A stretch of DNA of 64,000 bases from Candidatus Poribacteria bacterium (GTDB lineage: Bacteria > Poribacteria > WGA-4E > PCPOR2b): NCBI GenBank assembly GCA_965215015.1, contig OZ244042.1, positions 1,056,001 to 1,120,000 of the forward strand. The letters are read 5' to 3'. Within the stretch, counting starts at the first letter, position 1. Each line of letters opens with the position of its first letter. The translations under genes and the position numbers were made by a program. Below the pieces are notes generated by a model. That model had not been told where the DNA came from. It saw nothing but the letters and a program-made list of their open reading frames with translations, and did no database searches. Of the stretch, positions 30,006-41,427 are shown in pieces.

Positions 30006-30871
30006 GTAAATCATTGGAATCCACCCTACATAACTTGGTAAGACGAGACCTGGACGCTTCGGACCTCAGTTATTGTGGGATAACTAAAAAACGAGGTTGG
30101 CGCATAGCTTCCCTCCCGATGGAAACTACTTTTTTGATACGGAAATACCAGAGAGCAGATATATCTGGCGGTGGGTATCCTACCAAGCCCCTGATTTAGT
30201 GTACGTCCGCGCCGCAGTTGATAAAACGTATGGGGACGCCGCCTTTGAGCGAGATCTACCAATCACCAAGTATCTGCCAGAGGAAAAGGGCCAAGTCCTG
30301 TACCTCAAACATCTCAACTATAGCCAAGGGGGAGGATCGGAGCTTCCCCGGTCCATTCGAGGTTGATCTCGGGGCAATTCAGGTCGAAACCATCGAAAGC
30401 GGTGAGAATGCACGCCCGCATATTCCAACCTGTGGGTATCTAGTAACACACAAAGAGAAGAGTATCTCAGTCCTTCACACCGGGGACCTACATGCGCCGT
30501 ATTCTGCGTTAGAGAATATACAGGGACGAGTGGACTTTCTCATCCACATGAAGCTGGGATTGACAGAATGGGGTGGGAACCACACGCTAAACCTTGTAAA
30601 TCTTGTAGATTTGGTACAACCACGTTTTCTAATCCCGACACATTACAGAACCGATAGCGTCTCCGATCCGATTCCCCATGATACCTGGCCCCCCAACATT
30701 ACTGATGTCTTGGGTTTCATCGAGTGGATCCGTGAAACCGTAGGTAACAGAACCAAGCTGCTGCCCTTTATTGCTGGCATTGAGTACGAATTGGAAATGC
30801 CGGCAAAGAAAGTGCTGTGGAAATGGAATTGGTTCAATACATGGACGATACTACCCTGGCGCGAAGGGTAG
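30002..30871 (+). pseudogene. Fragmented remnant ending in a metallo-beta-lactamase-fold C-terminal half
   Basis: GYLV, LHTGDLH, LIPTHY in the last frame; N-terminal HxHxDH absent; preceding pieces are in other frames. Confidence 0.6.
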
Positions 30872-30922
30872 CGATAAGCCAACGATTAAAACCGATTCGC
30901 AACTAAGGAGATAAACCAACCG

Positions 30923-31405
30923 ATGCAACAATTGAACAAAGCCATTGCTTGGGCTATTGTGTTGTTCCTTCACTCGCAATTACTCGTTCAGGTATTTGCC
31001 GCTGAACCGGAACGAATTGCCTTGGTAGAGCTCAAGCACCTATTAGATGCCAAAGAGAATGTAATTCTAGTTGATGTGCGCGCCCCGATTCATTATAACT
31101 TCGGGCATATCCCCGGTGCTATCTCAATGCCATTTTCGGAGGGGATTGAAGCGAGACACCAAACACTTCCTCCCGATGGGCTAATTGTTTTATACTGAAG
31201 CTGACGGGCGGAAGCAACAAGTGCCCGTGCGGCACAAATGTTAATAGAGGAGTTTGGTTTTCCCCCGGAACGGGTAAGAGTGCTTCAAGGGGGTCTTCCC
31301 GCATGGCGGGAGGCTGGCTATCCAGTTGAAATTACAGCGGCAGTCCAACCGAAAGGAAAACGCTTCGGTCTGTGGGGCCGGATTAAATCGATAGGTCGAA
31401 GGTAG
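30923..31405 (+). CDS. Exported rhodanese-like protein, predicted selenoprotein with two in-frame TGA codons (U-S-U)
   Basis: Signal peptide; LVDVR, GHIPGA, IVLY-TGA-S-TGA-RAEATSARAA, VLQGGLPAWREAGYPV, C-terminal AVQPKGKRFGLWGRIK; stop TAG 31403-31405. Confidence 0.8.
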
Positions 31406-31451
31406 CACTCAATTGACATATTAGGTGTACCTACTAACTCAATGCGTCCCA

Positions 31452-33549
31452 TCAGATAAAAATCTTATAGGTCTGAATACCGAAGGTCATCCCGATGATT
31501 GTCCAGAGGCTGCCAATCACATAGTCACCGAGAATCAGTCCTAAAAACAGGGGAGCCACCTGCCGATGCACCCGGAGTCCACCGTACCGGAGAATAACAG
31601 GCTTAATCACCCAAGTCACAAGGGACACAGACCAAAAATAATCCATTGCATAGCTCGTGGCTAGTGCGTACCCAGCAGGATGGAAGGGCCACCACAAGAA
31701 ACGCATTCGCATGAACATGATAAAGAAACTCACCGCAGCACCACCTATCGCGTAAGAAGTCCCAGCGGTGTCCGCATCCAATGGGTTGAGCAACCAACCT
31801 CGCAGCAGTCCAAAGGATCGCCACCCCATCCAATATTGTGCGCCCCTTGCCTGAGTGACGACGCCGTCTCGAAAAGTCATATCCAAGTTTGCCCAAAAAC
31901 TGGCTAAAATTCCCACAACAGCGGCAATCAGCATAGCCCCTAAGACACCGCGATAGCCTATTCCGGGCGCGTTTGCCATTTTGAACGCTTCAATCTGATT
32001 CGGCATTGGGTGACTCCGATACCCTCGATTGAACCAAGCGAACAACGCAATAATCGTCAAACTAGCTGGATTAATCCGCCGCGTTCCAAACACGGTTGTC
32101 ATGATAAGTTGAGGGCTGACGAAAAGGAGCGCATGAGGTGTGCCGCCCTCCGCTCGAACACGAGTAATCGCAACTGCAAGTAGAAAATAAAGCCCGCAGA
32201 AGCACCCCGTAACCCAGACTGCCATCCCCGCGGCAGATGTGAACACCCCACGACCCAAGACAAGAATGCCCAGCACCGCCCACCGATAAGGCATCGGTTC
32301 GTCAGAATCATCCAGCGTTGAATCAATGCCGATAACCTTTTTGCCAACTTGAATCAGATGCCGACGTGTCATCCATACCGCCGTGCAGAAAACTGTAATC
32401 CACGCCCCATAAGACTGCTCATTAAGCTGAGGGAAATGCCACGCACCCGTCGCTGCGCCAATGACCCGTTCAATCATACGGATAGCGAAGAAGAACCAAC
32501 ATGATAGCAAAAGTTCAATCGGGAGAAAGAACGCTAATCCGATCCCAAATGGGTACAGATAAATCCGTATCCAAGCTATTACAGTCCACGGGTGATCTGA
32601 GAAGATGCCGGGCCAAATTGGCGTCGTCTTGATGCACGGAATGCCGGGGATGAGTGTATAAAGAAAATGAATCCCATTAATCACACCGATAGCCGCGGCG
32701 ATGCCGAACCCAATCCACATCATCCGATTTTTCAGGAGTCTAACCCCTTATTTTCAAATGATTCAGCTGTTTATGGTCCATTAATTTAAACGTATCCATC
32801 ACGCTCGGCATCATTGATAAGCGTACGTAAAACATACAAATCATCTCCTAATACACCAAGATGGTTGGGCTGGCAGCACCCAGCGGGCGTGTGTCGGTAA
32901 AGGGCCTGATTAAATCGGTAGGACGAAATGTCGATTGAATGAATAGCATACCACCTTCGGAGATCAGTCGCGTCATCACAATCATGATAATCAGAAACAG
33001 GCAATTTACGGTGAGACTAACGACAAAAGATACGCCAGCAATCACACTCCACATAGTCATGGTCCCGATCCCAATTAACAGACCGAGCCATGCCGCTCGT
33101 GGGGACATCGACTCATTCGCTAACTCGACTGATGATCTATCAGCAGGGTCTGATGGGTTCGATACCTGTCAGCCGGATGGAACGCAAGGCGGACCGTGTT
33201 CACCGACATGGTGAAAAAAGGTGATGTTCCACTCGTTTTCGGGGGACTGATAGTAGGTGGGCGCGATGACAATGGGAATGAAATACGCAGCAAAACCCAG
33301 CGATGAGATACCCGCGCTCACCAGTGTCATCCCGTAGATAGTTACCAATTCAGAATGGACGAGGGGTGTCCCGATGCGGTGCAGGAGGGGGTTGACTACC
33401 AGTTGGAGAAACACAAAGACCATCAGGACGCCAACCGGCAGGTGGCAGGAAGCGAGCCATGTACCTCGAATCCAAAAATCCCCAATTGGCGTGGCAATGG
33501 CAAGGATTATCGTTGCGAAGATTCCTATTAATACGCTACGTGTGGTCAT
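31452..33549 (-). pseudogene. Remnants of two tandem paralogous polytopic membrane proteins (DUF6785/DUF6784, OPT-like putative peptide transporter)
   Basis: N-terminal piece 33549-33169, middle piece 33108-32848 (ANESMSPRAAWLG), second-copy C-terminal part 32723-31452 (SDEPMPYRWAVLG, WWPFHPAGY, FLGLILGD). Confidence 0.7.
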
Positions 33550-33793
33550 AATCAACTGATACTGGAAAAATTCGTGCGTCGCCCAAGCTGTGGAAGGCCC
33601 TAACAACAATGACCTATTACGAATCTAACAACATGTTGAAGTACATATTTTTGCATCACTATGGAGGTATTTTTTTCCTCAGATTATACCCATTTTTCCC
33701 ACTGTGTCAACAGAAAAAGCGTATCCATACGTTGCGGGTGGATTGGAGGGACTAATGATGCGTAGATTACATCTTCTAAAGCATATTCTCCAC

Positions 33794-33822
33794 TTGTCAA
33801 ACTTCTTTCTTTAAAGTATACT
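33794..33822 (+). promoter_or_regulatory. Sigma70-type promoter TTGTCA-17-TATACT
   Basis: Canonical spacing, upstream of GGAGG RBS and ATG 33850. Confidence 0.55.
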
Positions 33823-33849
33823 CATGGGAAAAATAAAGGGAGGTAAAAA

Positions 33850-35355
33850 ATGAACGAATATGATCTAACCATTATCGGGGGCGGAAGTGCAGGCTTGGTT
33901 CTAGCGGTGGCAGGTGCCAAGTTAGGAGTAAAAACAGCCCTCGTCGAGAAGCACCGATTGGGGGGCGATTGCCTCTGGACAGGGTGTGTGCCATCGAAAG
34001 CCATCCTCAAATCAGCGAAGATTGCCCATTACGTCAAAGAAGCTGAAAAATACGGCGTCCTCGTGAAAGACGCGCAGGTGGACTTTGCACGGGTTATGGC
34101 GTATGTTCGCAGCACCCAACAGACCATCGAGCGCGAGCATGATAATCCGGAACGATTCCGTGAAATGGGTGTAAATGTCATCTTCGGGGAAGGGCATTTT
34201 GAATCGCCAACAACCTTTGTGGTTCAAGACACAGAGAACAACCAAACCCTCACGCTCAAGAGCAAAAAATTCGTCATCGCAACCGGCTCTCGTCCAACCG
34301 CACCCCATATTCCCGGGATAGATTCCGTCAATTATCTGGACAGCGAAAATGTCTGGGAATTAGATCAATTGCCCGAAAGGCTATTGGTGATAGGCGCGGG
34401 TCCTATCGGGGTTGAGTTGGGACAGGCATTTCATCGTTTGGGCGCAAAAGTGACGATTCTGCAACGCAGCGACCGGATTTTAACGAAAGAAGACCCGGAA
34501 GTCTCTGAGAAAATGTTGGATTACCTTCGAGAAGATGGGGTTGAAATTCTCTTAAATACCAATCCCGTTCAGATCGACCCGATCAAAGCCTCACTTAGCC
34601 AAGAACTCAATCCGGATATAGCAGTATGGGAAACGCAAAATACCGAGACATCGGAGGAGTATCGGATTCAGCTCAAGACAGCAGATACAGGGGATGAGCG
34701 CGAAATGGTCGTCGATCGGATCCTGATTGCGGCAGGACGGAAGCCAAACATCGAAGGGTTGGAACTTGAGAAAATTGGTGTCAAGGTCGGAAAAAGGGGA
34801 ATTGAGGTCAACAATAAGTTGCAAACAACCGTCAAAAGTATTTATGCTGCTGGCGATGTGATTGGACATTACCTATTTACACATGTTGCAGCGTTTCAAG
34901 CGACGCAGATTGTTCGGAATATCTGTTTCCCCGGTTCTGGTGCGGTAGACTATTCCGTCGTCCCTTGGGCCACCTTCTGCGATCCGGAGGTCGCTCGGTG
35001 CGGTCTCACCGAAGCGGAGGCTCGTGAAAAACATGGAGCGATCGATGTTTTCAGAGTGGATCTCCACGATGTCGATCGCGCTGTCGCCGAGGGAGACACG
35101 AAAGGGTTTATCAAGGTCGTTGCGACCCGTTGGACGGGAAAACTTTTGGGAGTTCACCTAGTCGGATCAAATGCGGGAGAAGTCATCCACGAGTTTATCT
35201 TGGCGATGAATGCGAATATTCCGTTGAGGAAGTTAGCGGGAATCATCCACATTTATCCGACGTTTTCGAGCATCGTTTGGCGGGTTGCCGGAAAATGGCT
35301 TGCCGAAGGCACCTTGATCCAAACAGTACGCGGCATATTCAGGAAAGGGAAATAA
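33850..35355 (+). CDS. Pyridine nucleotide-disulfide oxidoreductase (dihydrolipoamide dehydrogenase/MerA-like)
   Basis: GGGSAG, GGDCLWTGCVPSK, GAGPIG, HIYPT; no C-terminal CC. Confidence 0.9.
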   Translation: MNEYDLTIIGGGSAGLVLAVAGAKLGVKTALVEKHRLGGDCLWTGCVPSKAILKSAKIAHYVKEAEKYGVLVKDAQVDFARVMAYVRSTQQTIEREHDNPERFREMGVNVIFGEGHFESPTTFVVQDTENNQTLTLKSKKFVIATGSRPTAPHIPGIDSVNYLDSENVWELDQLPERLLVIGAGPIGVELGQAFHRLGAKVTILQRSDRILTKEDPEVSEKMLDYLREDGVEILLNTNPVQIDPIKASLSQELNPDIAVWETQNTETSEEYRIQLKTADTGDEREMVVDRILIAAGRKPNIEGLELEKIGVKVGKRGIEVNNKLQTTVKSIYAAGDVIGHYLFTHVAAFQATQIVRNICFPGSGAVDYSVVPWATFCDPEVARCGLTEAEAREKHGAIDVFRVDLHDVDRAVAEGDTKGFIKVVATRWTGKLLGVHLVGSNAGEVIHEFILAMNANIPLRKLAGIIHIYPTFSSIVWRVAGKWLAEGTLIQTVRGIFRKGK

Positions 35356-35464
35356 CTGGAGTCATCAGGTTTTTCGGTTGTTACTTTTTTGCAATCGTGG
35401 TATAATTTCTTTCATTCAATGTTGCTAAGTTATGACAGACGATTCGGATAATTAGGACTATCAA

Positions 35465-35950
35465 ATGAAGTCAACATGCAGACACTAACCATACCACGCT
35501 TATTATCCTAGCACTGATTAGTGGCATCGGCTGTGCATCATCCGGCCATGATGAAGATGGAGAACATGAGGTAAACGGTGAACTAACGGGGTACCTAACA
35601 AGTCATGAAGCGGGAGGCGGCGAAGGCGAGGAGTCTGGACAAAGGTTTGCTAAAGACAAAACTTACGCCTAGGGGCGAAACGGTGTGCAGTTAAAGCTCG
35701 CCTATGATGCGAAAACAAATGCCTTCGTTGGAGCAGTAGAAAATACGACAAACCAAATCTTGTCCAAGGGGCGCGTTGAAGCTTATCTATCTAATGGAAT
35801 AGACCTGGGACCTACGACACCGACCAATCTTGCCCCCGGTCAAAAGGTAAACGTTGAAATCAATGCGGCAGGCCAGGACTTTAATAAATGAGGTTGGCTC
35901 AAGTGAACACGGTGGCGGGAAGCAACATGACGCAGACGGTGAACATGCCT
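35465..35950 (+). pseudogene. Degraded lipoprotein with Glu/His/Gly-rich linker and Ig-like beta domain
   Basis: ISGIGCA lipobox, GGGEGEESGQ, in-frame stops at 35669 and 35889 around LAYDAKTNAFVGAVENTT...LGPTTP. Confidence 0.55.
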
Positions 35951-36009
35951 GAAATGTCTTGTTCAGAAATAATAAAAATCCACACGACGGAACGAGGAAA
36001 TTGAGAAAT

Positions 36010-37077
36010 ATGGACGCAACCATTCAACCGATTTTGGAGAAAGTATTAGCCGGTGAACGCCTAGATTTTGATGACGGACTGACGCTTTTCAAAAGTCATG
36101 ATCTCCTATCAATCGGAGCGGCTGCCGATACAATTCGACAACGGAAGCACCCGGAAAACTACATTACCTATATCGTCGATCGCAATATCAACTACACAAA
36201 CTGGTGCTATGTTGATTGCGATTTTTGCGCCTTCTATCGCCACAAAACCGATCCCGATGCGTATGTAATGTCCAAGGAGGAGCTGGGAAATAAAATCCAA
36301 GAGACGATTGACCTTGGCGGCGTACTCATCCTCATGCAGGGTGGGCTACATCCTAAACTGAAACTTGACTGGTACGAAGACCTCCTCCAGTGGATCAAGG
36401 CAAATTATAAAATCCATATTCACGGCTTCTCCCCACCAGAGCTTGACTGGTTCGCCAAAATCAACCGACTTTCTCTCAAAGAGACCTTAATCCGTCTACG
36501 CGATGCCGGGTTAGATTCCATTCCCGGCGGCGGGGCAGAAATCTTGACCGACCATGCCCGCGACGAAATCAGTCCGAAAAAATGCACGTCAGACGAGTGG
36601 TTGGAAGTGATGCGTCAAGGTCATTATGTGGGCCTCCGTTCGAGTGCAACGATGATGTACGGACATGTCGAAAGCTACGGGGAACGTGTGGAACATCTTC
36701 TCCGCCTGCGCGAACTACAGGACGAAACAGGCGGCTTTACAGCCTTCATTTGTTGGTCACTTCAACCCAAGCACACGCGCCTCGAACACATCCCACCCGC
36801 GGGCAGCTTTGAATACCTTAAGACACTCGCAATCTCCCGACTGATGCTCGACAACTTTGACAACTTCCAATCGTCATGGGTCACCCAAGGGCCGAAGATT
36901 GGTCAAATGTCGCTTAAATTTGGGGCAAACGACATGGGAGGCACAATGATCGAGGAAAACGTCGTTAGCAAGGCGGGGACAGTCTACTGTATGCCCATCG
37001 AAGAAATTGAGCGTACGATTTCTGAGTTAGGGTTCGTCCCGAAGCAGCGGAATTTTTTATATGAGCTCCTCAACTAA
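36010..37077 (+). CDS. mqnC: Cyclic dehypoxanthinyl futalosine synthase (radical SAM)
   Basis: DRNINYTNWCYVDCDFCAF, QGGLHP, PGGGAEIL, SWVTQG, MIEENVV. Confidence 0.9.
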   Translation: MDATIQPILEKVLAGERLDFDDGLTLFKSHDLLSIGAAADTIRQRKHPENYITYIVDRNINYTNWCYVDCDFCAFYRHKTDPDAYVMSKEELGNKIQETIDLGGVLILMQGGLHPKLKLDWYEDLLQWIKANYKIHIHGFSPPELDWFAKINRLSLKETLIRLRDAGLDSIPGGGAEILTDHARDEISPKKCTSDEWLEVMRQGHYVGLRSSATMMYGHVESYGERVEHLLRLRELQDETGGFTAFICWSLQPKHTRLEHIPPAGSFEYLKTLAISRLMLDNFDNFQSSWVTQGPKIGQMSLKFGANDMGGTMIEENVVSKAGTVYCMPIEEIERTISELGFVPKQRNFLYELLN

Positions 37078-37118
37078 TCTAGACCGAAATGGAGTCAATT
37101 TTTTAGTCTGAAAAACCT

Positions 37119-38171
37119 ATGCCTCTGATTTCTGCCGCCCAACTCAGAACCATCAGCATTAATATCTTCACTGCCTTAGGTCTCAAAGCAGACAAAGCCC
37201 AAACAATCTCGAATCGACTTATCGAGTCCAATCTCGCTGGACACGATTCACACGGTGTTTTGCGCCTACCGCAGTACGTTCTGAGCATCCAGAGTAAGAC
37301 AATTGATCCAGACGTAGAGATTGAGATTGTCAGCGAAACCCCTTCCAGTGCAATCATTGATGGGCATCAAGGATTGGGACAATTCATTGCTACCCAAGCG
37401 ATGGAAATCGCCATTGCAAAAGCGAAAGAGCACACCATCAGCACAGTAAACGTCTATAACTGCAACCATATTGGGCGTCTTGCTGATTATGTGATGATGG
37501 CTGCCGAAGAAAAGATGATCGGTATGCTGTTTCTTAACGGACATGGCGGGGACCACGGCGTTTCACCGTGGGGCGGCACCGATCGACGACTCAGCACCAA
37601 TCCCTTTGCATGCGCCCTCCCTACAGGGAAGGATAGCCCAATGGTCATTGATCTCACCACCAGCATCGTTGCCGGTGGGAAAATTCGGGCGTATCGCAGC
37701 CGGGGTGAGCCGTTGCCGGAAGGGTGGATCCTCGACGCCGATGGGGTTCCAAGTACCGATCCCAACGCATACCTCGAAGATCCGAAAGGCGCACTACTCC
37801 CATTTGGCGACATCGCGGGGCACAAAGGCTACGGATTAAGCATGCTGACAGATATTCTCGCCGGTGCGATGTGCGACGCCGGTTGCAGCCGCTCATCATC
37901 GCCCGGTGTCGGTAACGCCTTCTTTATCATCGTCCTCGACATTGAGAAATTCACGACGCCTGCGGATTTTGAAGCGCATGTTGCACAGTTGGTAGATTTC
38001 GTCAAAGCCTCTCCAACCGCCCCCGGTTTCGATGAAATTTCGATACCCGGTGAACGTTCCGCACGTACCCGCCAGCAGCGATTGGCAAACGGCATCCCAC
38101 TTGACGATACGACATGGGAACGCCTCGTCGAAACCGCTCAAAGCCTTGGAGTCTCCGTTTCGGACGGATGA
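37119..38171 (+). CDS. Ldh_2 family (malate/lactate/ureidoglycolate) dehydrogenase
   Basis: GHDSHG, HIGRL, TNP, HKGYGL, PGE. Confidence 0.9.
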   Translation: MPLISAAQLRTISINIFTALGLKADKAQTISNRLIESNLAGHDSHGVLRLPQYVLSIQSKTIDPDVEIEIVSETPSSAIIDGHQGLGQFIATQAMEIAIAKAKEHTISTVNVYNCNHIGRLADYVMMAAEEKMIGMLFLNGHGGDHGVSPWGGTDRRLSTNPFACALPTGKDSPMVIDLTTSIVAGGKIRAYRSRGEPLPEGWILDADGVPSTDPNAYLEDPKGALLPFGDIAGHKGYGLSMLTDILAGAMCDAGCSRSSSPGVGNAFFIIVLDIEKFTTPADFEAHVAQLVDFVKASPTAPGFDEISIPGERSARTRQQRLANGIPLDDTTWERLVETAQSLGVSVSDG

Positions 38172-38178
38172 CTCGCAA

Positions 38179-38910
38179 TTAACGGGATTCGGCAAATCGA
38201 CGCAAATCTTCGTTGGCATAAGCGGCGACCGCTGCATTCGCTTCCCGCCTGACTTTCAACATTTCGACAACTTCTTCTAACCGTTCTGACGGAATTGTGC
38301 ACGTCATCTCATCCGGCGACATCCCCGTTCGCACCCGGCTTAGCATACACCCCGTACTAATCGCGAGTTTTCCCTGCTCTTTCGAGATTGGGATGATGTG
38401 GCACTGCGGTTTACCAACGAAAACCGTATCACTAAACCCATCATGGATAACCATCGCCTGAAAAGCGTTTACCCGCAAAAGTATCACATCGGGATCAACG
38501 GGGGTATCTGCTAACGGTCCATAGGTGATGCAGCTCGGGTGATCCGTTACAAAGGGCAGCTGCATCGCTTCTTCGGGAGATACCCACCCTACCTCTACGA
38601 TGGCACCGACATCTCCGTTATTCATCACCTCTTCCAACGTTTTCAACCCGTGTGTAACACTCCCAACGCTACAGTTGTAGTGATCTTCTGGCACTGTCGT
38701 AAACGTCTGTTCAACGGCATCCTTCCAAAAGACGCATCCTGCCGCAACTTTGCCGCTGCGACCATCGGGCGTTGGGGCTGGTATCTCACCTTCATATACA
38801 GGCACGCCTTGAGGAGCTTCGTCAGAAAATGTGATCGCGATGGGAGCGTGCTTCAAACCGAGTTCTCTATCTAATTGTTCAGCTAATAATTGCCAATTTT
38901 TTGTCATCAT
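38179..38910 (-). CDS. DUF169 family protein
   Basis: AGCVFW, NCSVG, GKPQC, TGCMLSR conserved cysteines. Confidence 0.8.
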   Translation of the reverse strand: MMTKNWQLLAEQLDRELGLKHAPIAITFSDEAPQGVPVYEGEIPAPTPDGRSGKVAAGCVFWKDAVEQTFTTVPEDHYNCSVGSVTHGLKTLEEVMNNGDVGAIVEVGWVSPEEAMQLPFVTDHPSCITYGPLADTPVDPDVILLRVNAFQAMVIHDGFSDTVFVGKPQCHIIPISKEQGKLAISTGCMLSRVRTGMSPDEMTCTIPSERLEEVVEMLKVRREANAAVAAYANEDLRRFAESR

Positions 38911-39114
38911 AAAGACTGTCCTTTCGTTTGATATATTGCCTGAGACAGGATAGGCACTTGTCCCATCCTTGCTATTTGGGGGAACTGATCAATGAATTAG
39001 CAAAGATAAGTACAGGAGGGTGAGGAATCTCGTATTGCAGCTGGGCATAGATTTGATTTTCTTCTAAAGTATTCATTCCTGCCTTCAAAATTTCACCCAC
39101 CTGCCTGTGATTTG

Positions 39115-41343
39115 TTATTCAACAACATTTCTTGATTTTAATAAAATTCGTACCGTTTTCGGTAACACTTCCCACGCTAGCAATGCAGCACCAAGAATGA
39201 TAAGTGCATCGCCGGGCATCCGCAACTTATTGAGCAGGTGAACCCATGTCCCCTCGTAAAAGGACAATGCTCGGGCGGCGGCGTAGTCCACGCGCACTGC
39301 TTCCAACAACTGTAGCACGCCGATGGGAACGACTGAAAACACAAGCATAAACGCTAAGCCGATGTTAAGCAGCCAGAAACTGACCTTAAGCCACCTTTCG
39401 TCCCACCCACCCAATTCGGCATGGCGTGTTACATATAGCAACATCCCCAATGCCAGAAAACCGAATGCTCCGAAGAACGAGGCGTGCCCGTGTGCAACTG
39501 TGAGGAATGTACCGTGTTCATAGTAATTCACAATAGGCAAGTTTATCAATAGGCCCAAGATCCCTGATCCAATGAATTGCCAAAAAGCGGAGGCAATGAA
39601 GAAATAGAGCGGCAACCGATGTCGCGTTTTTCGGTTCGCGCTCGACTTGAATGTGTTCAAGGCACTAGTAAGTAAGAAAAAAAGAGGTAATACCTCTAGC
39701 GTACTAAAAACACTGCCGATTCCTATCCACAATGTTGGCTCGCCAACCCACCAGTAATGGTGTCCAATGGCTAAAAAACCTGCCAGTAAAACGATGGCAC
39801 CTTCTAGATAGAGGCTTTTGGTAACTTCCTCGTTGGTGACGAGTCGAAGCCCCGCAAAGAACCACCCCATCACCAGCAGCTGGAAGAATGTAAAGATTCC
39901 TTCAACCCAATGATGGACAACCCACCACCGCCAGAAATCAATGATGACCCAATGACTGTCGGGACGGTAGAGGAAACTAGCAAAGAACACCGCGGTGATA
40001 CCGACACCGTTTAGTATTAATAGATTTAGCAATGGTTGCCATCGAGCTCGGGCACTTCTCAAGACCGAGGTGAGCACAATTGTCCAGCATACGAATCCCA
40101 AACCGATTCCAACACGCCATAATCTCCCCATTTCTAAGTATTCCGTACCTTCACTACCGATAAGCGACCATGAAGCACCGAGCCACCCCCTAATACTAGC
40201 GTACACGCCGACCAACGTACCGACAACAGAAATTGTGAGAATGACTAAAGAAAAGTAGGTCAGTGGACGGTGCCATCGCTTTTGGCGTCCACCCAATAGA
40301 AGGGCAGTGTAAAGCGCGCCGGACATCCACATCCCGACTACCCAGATGACAGCGGTAGCGGTATGCACCGATCGGATGCTTTGAAACGGTAAAATTTTCA
40401 TCCGTTCCAATCCTAACCGATCAAACAACCCGTAGAAATCCCCCCGGCTGGCGTAGGCATTTGCCAAATAACCGCCTGCCAAGGTTTGAATCAGGAAAAC
40501 CAGTGTGCACCCTGCCAAAAGCAGCAATGATACCTTCTGAAGGAATGCCAGCGGGTTATGAGCACGTTCGTCGAGAGGGGGAAGCTCAGGGATAGGTTCG
40601 ACTTCCACAAAACTGTAACCAATCACAATCAGAAGCGCGATGAGTAACACCAGACCAATAGTCCACGCTGTCCATGTGAATGTGCGCGGTGTTGCTGTCA
40701 GTCCAAGGTCAGGGATGGGTGGGAAGTTATTCGTATAGGAGCCATCGCTGTTTGGTCGCGAAGTGATACTGAACCACGATGTCCAACCCACAAACGCAGC
40801 GAGTTTTTCGATATCTTCGGGTAGCATTGTCTTCGACGCCGTGCCTAAGTCTCGGTCACCGTCGATAAAGCGTGCTCGATAGACCTCTACGATATGTTGA
40901 TGTGCTGCTGCCCACTCTGAACAGACGACGTGATTTGCTTCATCCTTCGCAGATCTAACAGCAATCTGCACAGCATCCATAACCTGTTTCCGAGCGACCG
41001 AAGTCAAACCCATGAGCGGTTGACTAAATTTCTCTTGTGCAAATGTTTCCGCTATGAAGTCACGGAGCAGTGCTAGATATTCTGCTGTGAAATCCGGACC
41101 GAAGTAACTGCCGTTGCCGAGTAAGGTGCCAAAACCCATGAGATTGTATTTCTGGAAAATCGCTTGCCCGGCGCGAATATTTGCACGAGTGAATACGGTT
41201 TGTCCCTCCGTGGTAACAAGTTCCTCTGGTATTGGAGGAACATGACGATATGTCTTAACCGTGCCCCAAATGAGTACAATGGCACTGACTAGAATCACAA
41301 TAAGCAGAAAACGATTCATTTGAGGTATTGTTAGCCGCATCAC
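39115..41343 (-). CDS. Quinol-dependent nitric oxide reductase (qNor)-like heme-copper oxidase
   Basis: [51 protein letters not shown]. Confidence 0.9.
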   Translation of the reverse strand: MMRLTIPQMNRFLLIVILVSAIVLIWGTVKTYRHVPPIPEELVTTEGQTVFTRANIRAGQAIFQKYNLMGFGTLLGNGSYFGPDFTAEYLALLRDFIAETFAQEKFSQPLMGLTSVARKQVMDAVQIAVRSAKDEANHVVCSEWAAAHQHIVEVYRARFIDGDRDLGTASKTMLPEDIEKLAAFVGWTSWFSITSRPNSDGSYTNNFPPIPDLGLTATPRTFTWTAWTIGLVLLIALLIVIGYSFVEVEPIPELPPLDERAHNPLAFLQKVSLLLLAGCTLVFLIQTLAGGYLANAYASRGDFYGLFDRLGLERMKILPFQSIRSVHTATAVIWVVGMWMSGALYTALLLGGRQKRWHRPLTYFSLVILTISVVGTLVGVYASIRGWLGASWSLIGSEGTEYLEMGRLWRVGIGLGFVCWTIVLTSVLRSARARWQPLLNLLILNGVGITAVFFASFLYRPDSHWVIIDFWRWWVVHHWVEGIFTFFQLLVMGWFFAGLRLVTNEEVTKSLYLEGAIVLLAGFLAIGHHYWWVGEPTLWIGIGSVFSTLEVLPLFFLLTSALNTFKSSANRKTRHRLPLYFFIASAFWQFIGSGILGLLINLPIVNYYEHGTFLTVAHGHASFFGAFGFLALGMLLYVTRHAELGGWDERWLKVSFWLLNIGLAFMLVFSVVPIGVLQLLEAVRVDYAAARALSFYEGTWVHLLNKLRMPGDALIILGAALLAWEVLPKTVRILLKSRNVVE

Positions 41344-41427
41344 AACACTCTCCTTTCAAACTGAGCCAAGCAAAACCCAGAGTTATGGAAGCCGCTGTGA
41401 CAGATTTCCCACCTATTTTTGTGTGTG

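Noticed and set aside
33850-35355. Mercuric reductase merA
   Set aside because: No C-terminal Cys-Cys pair and no mer operon context.
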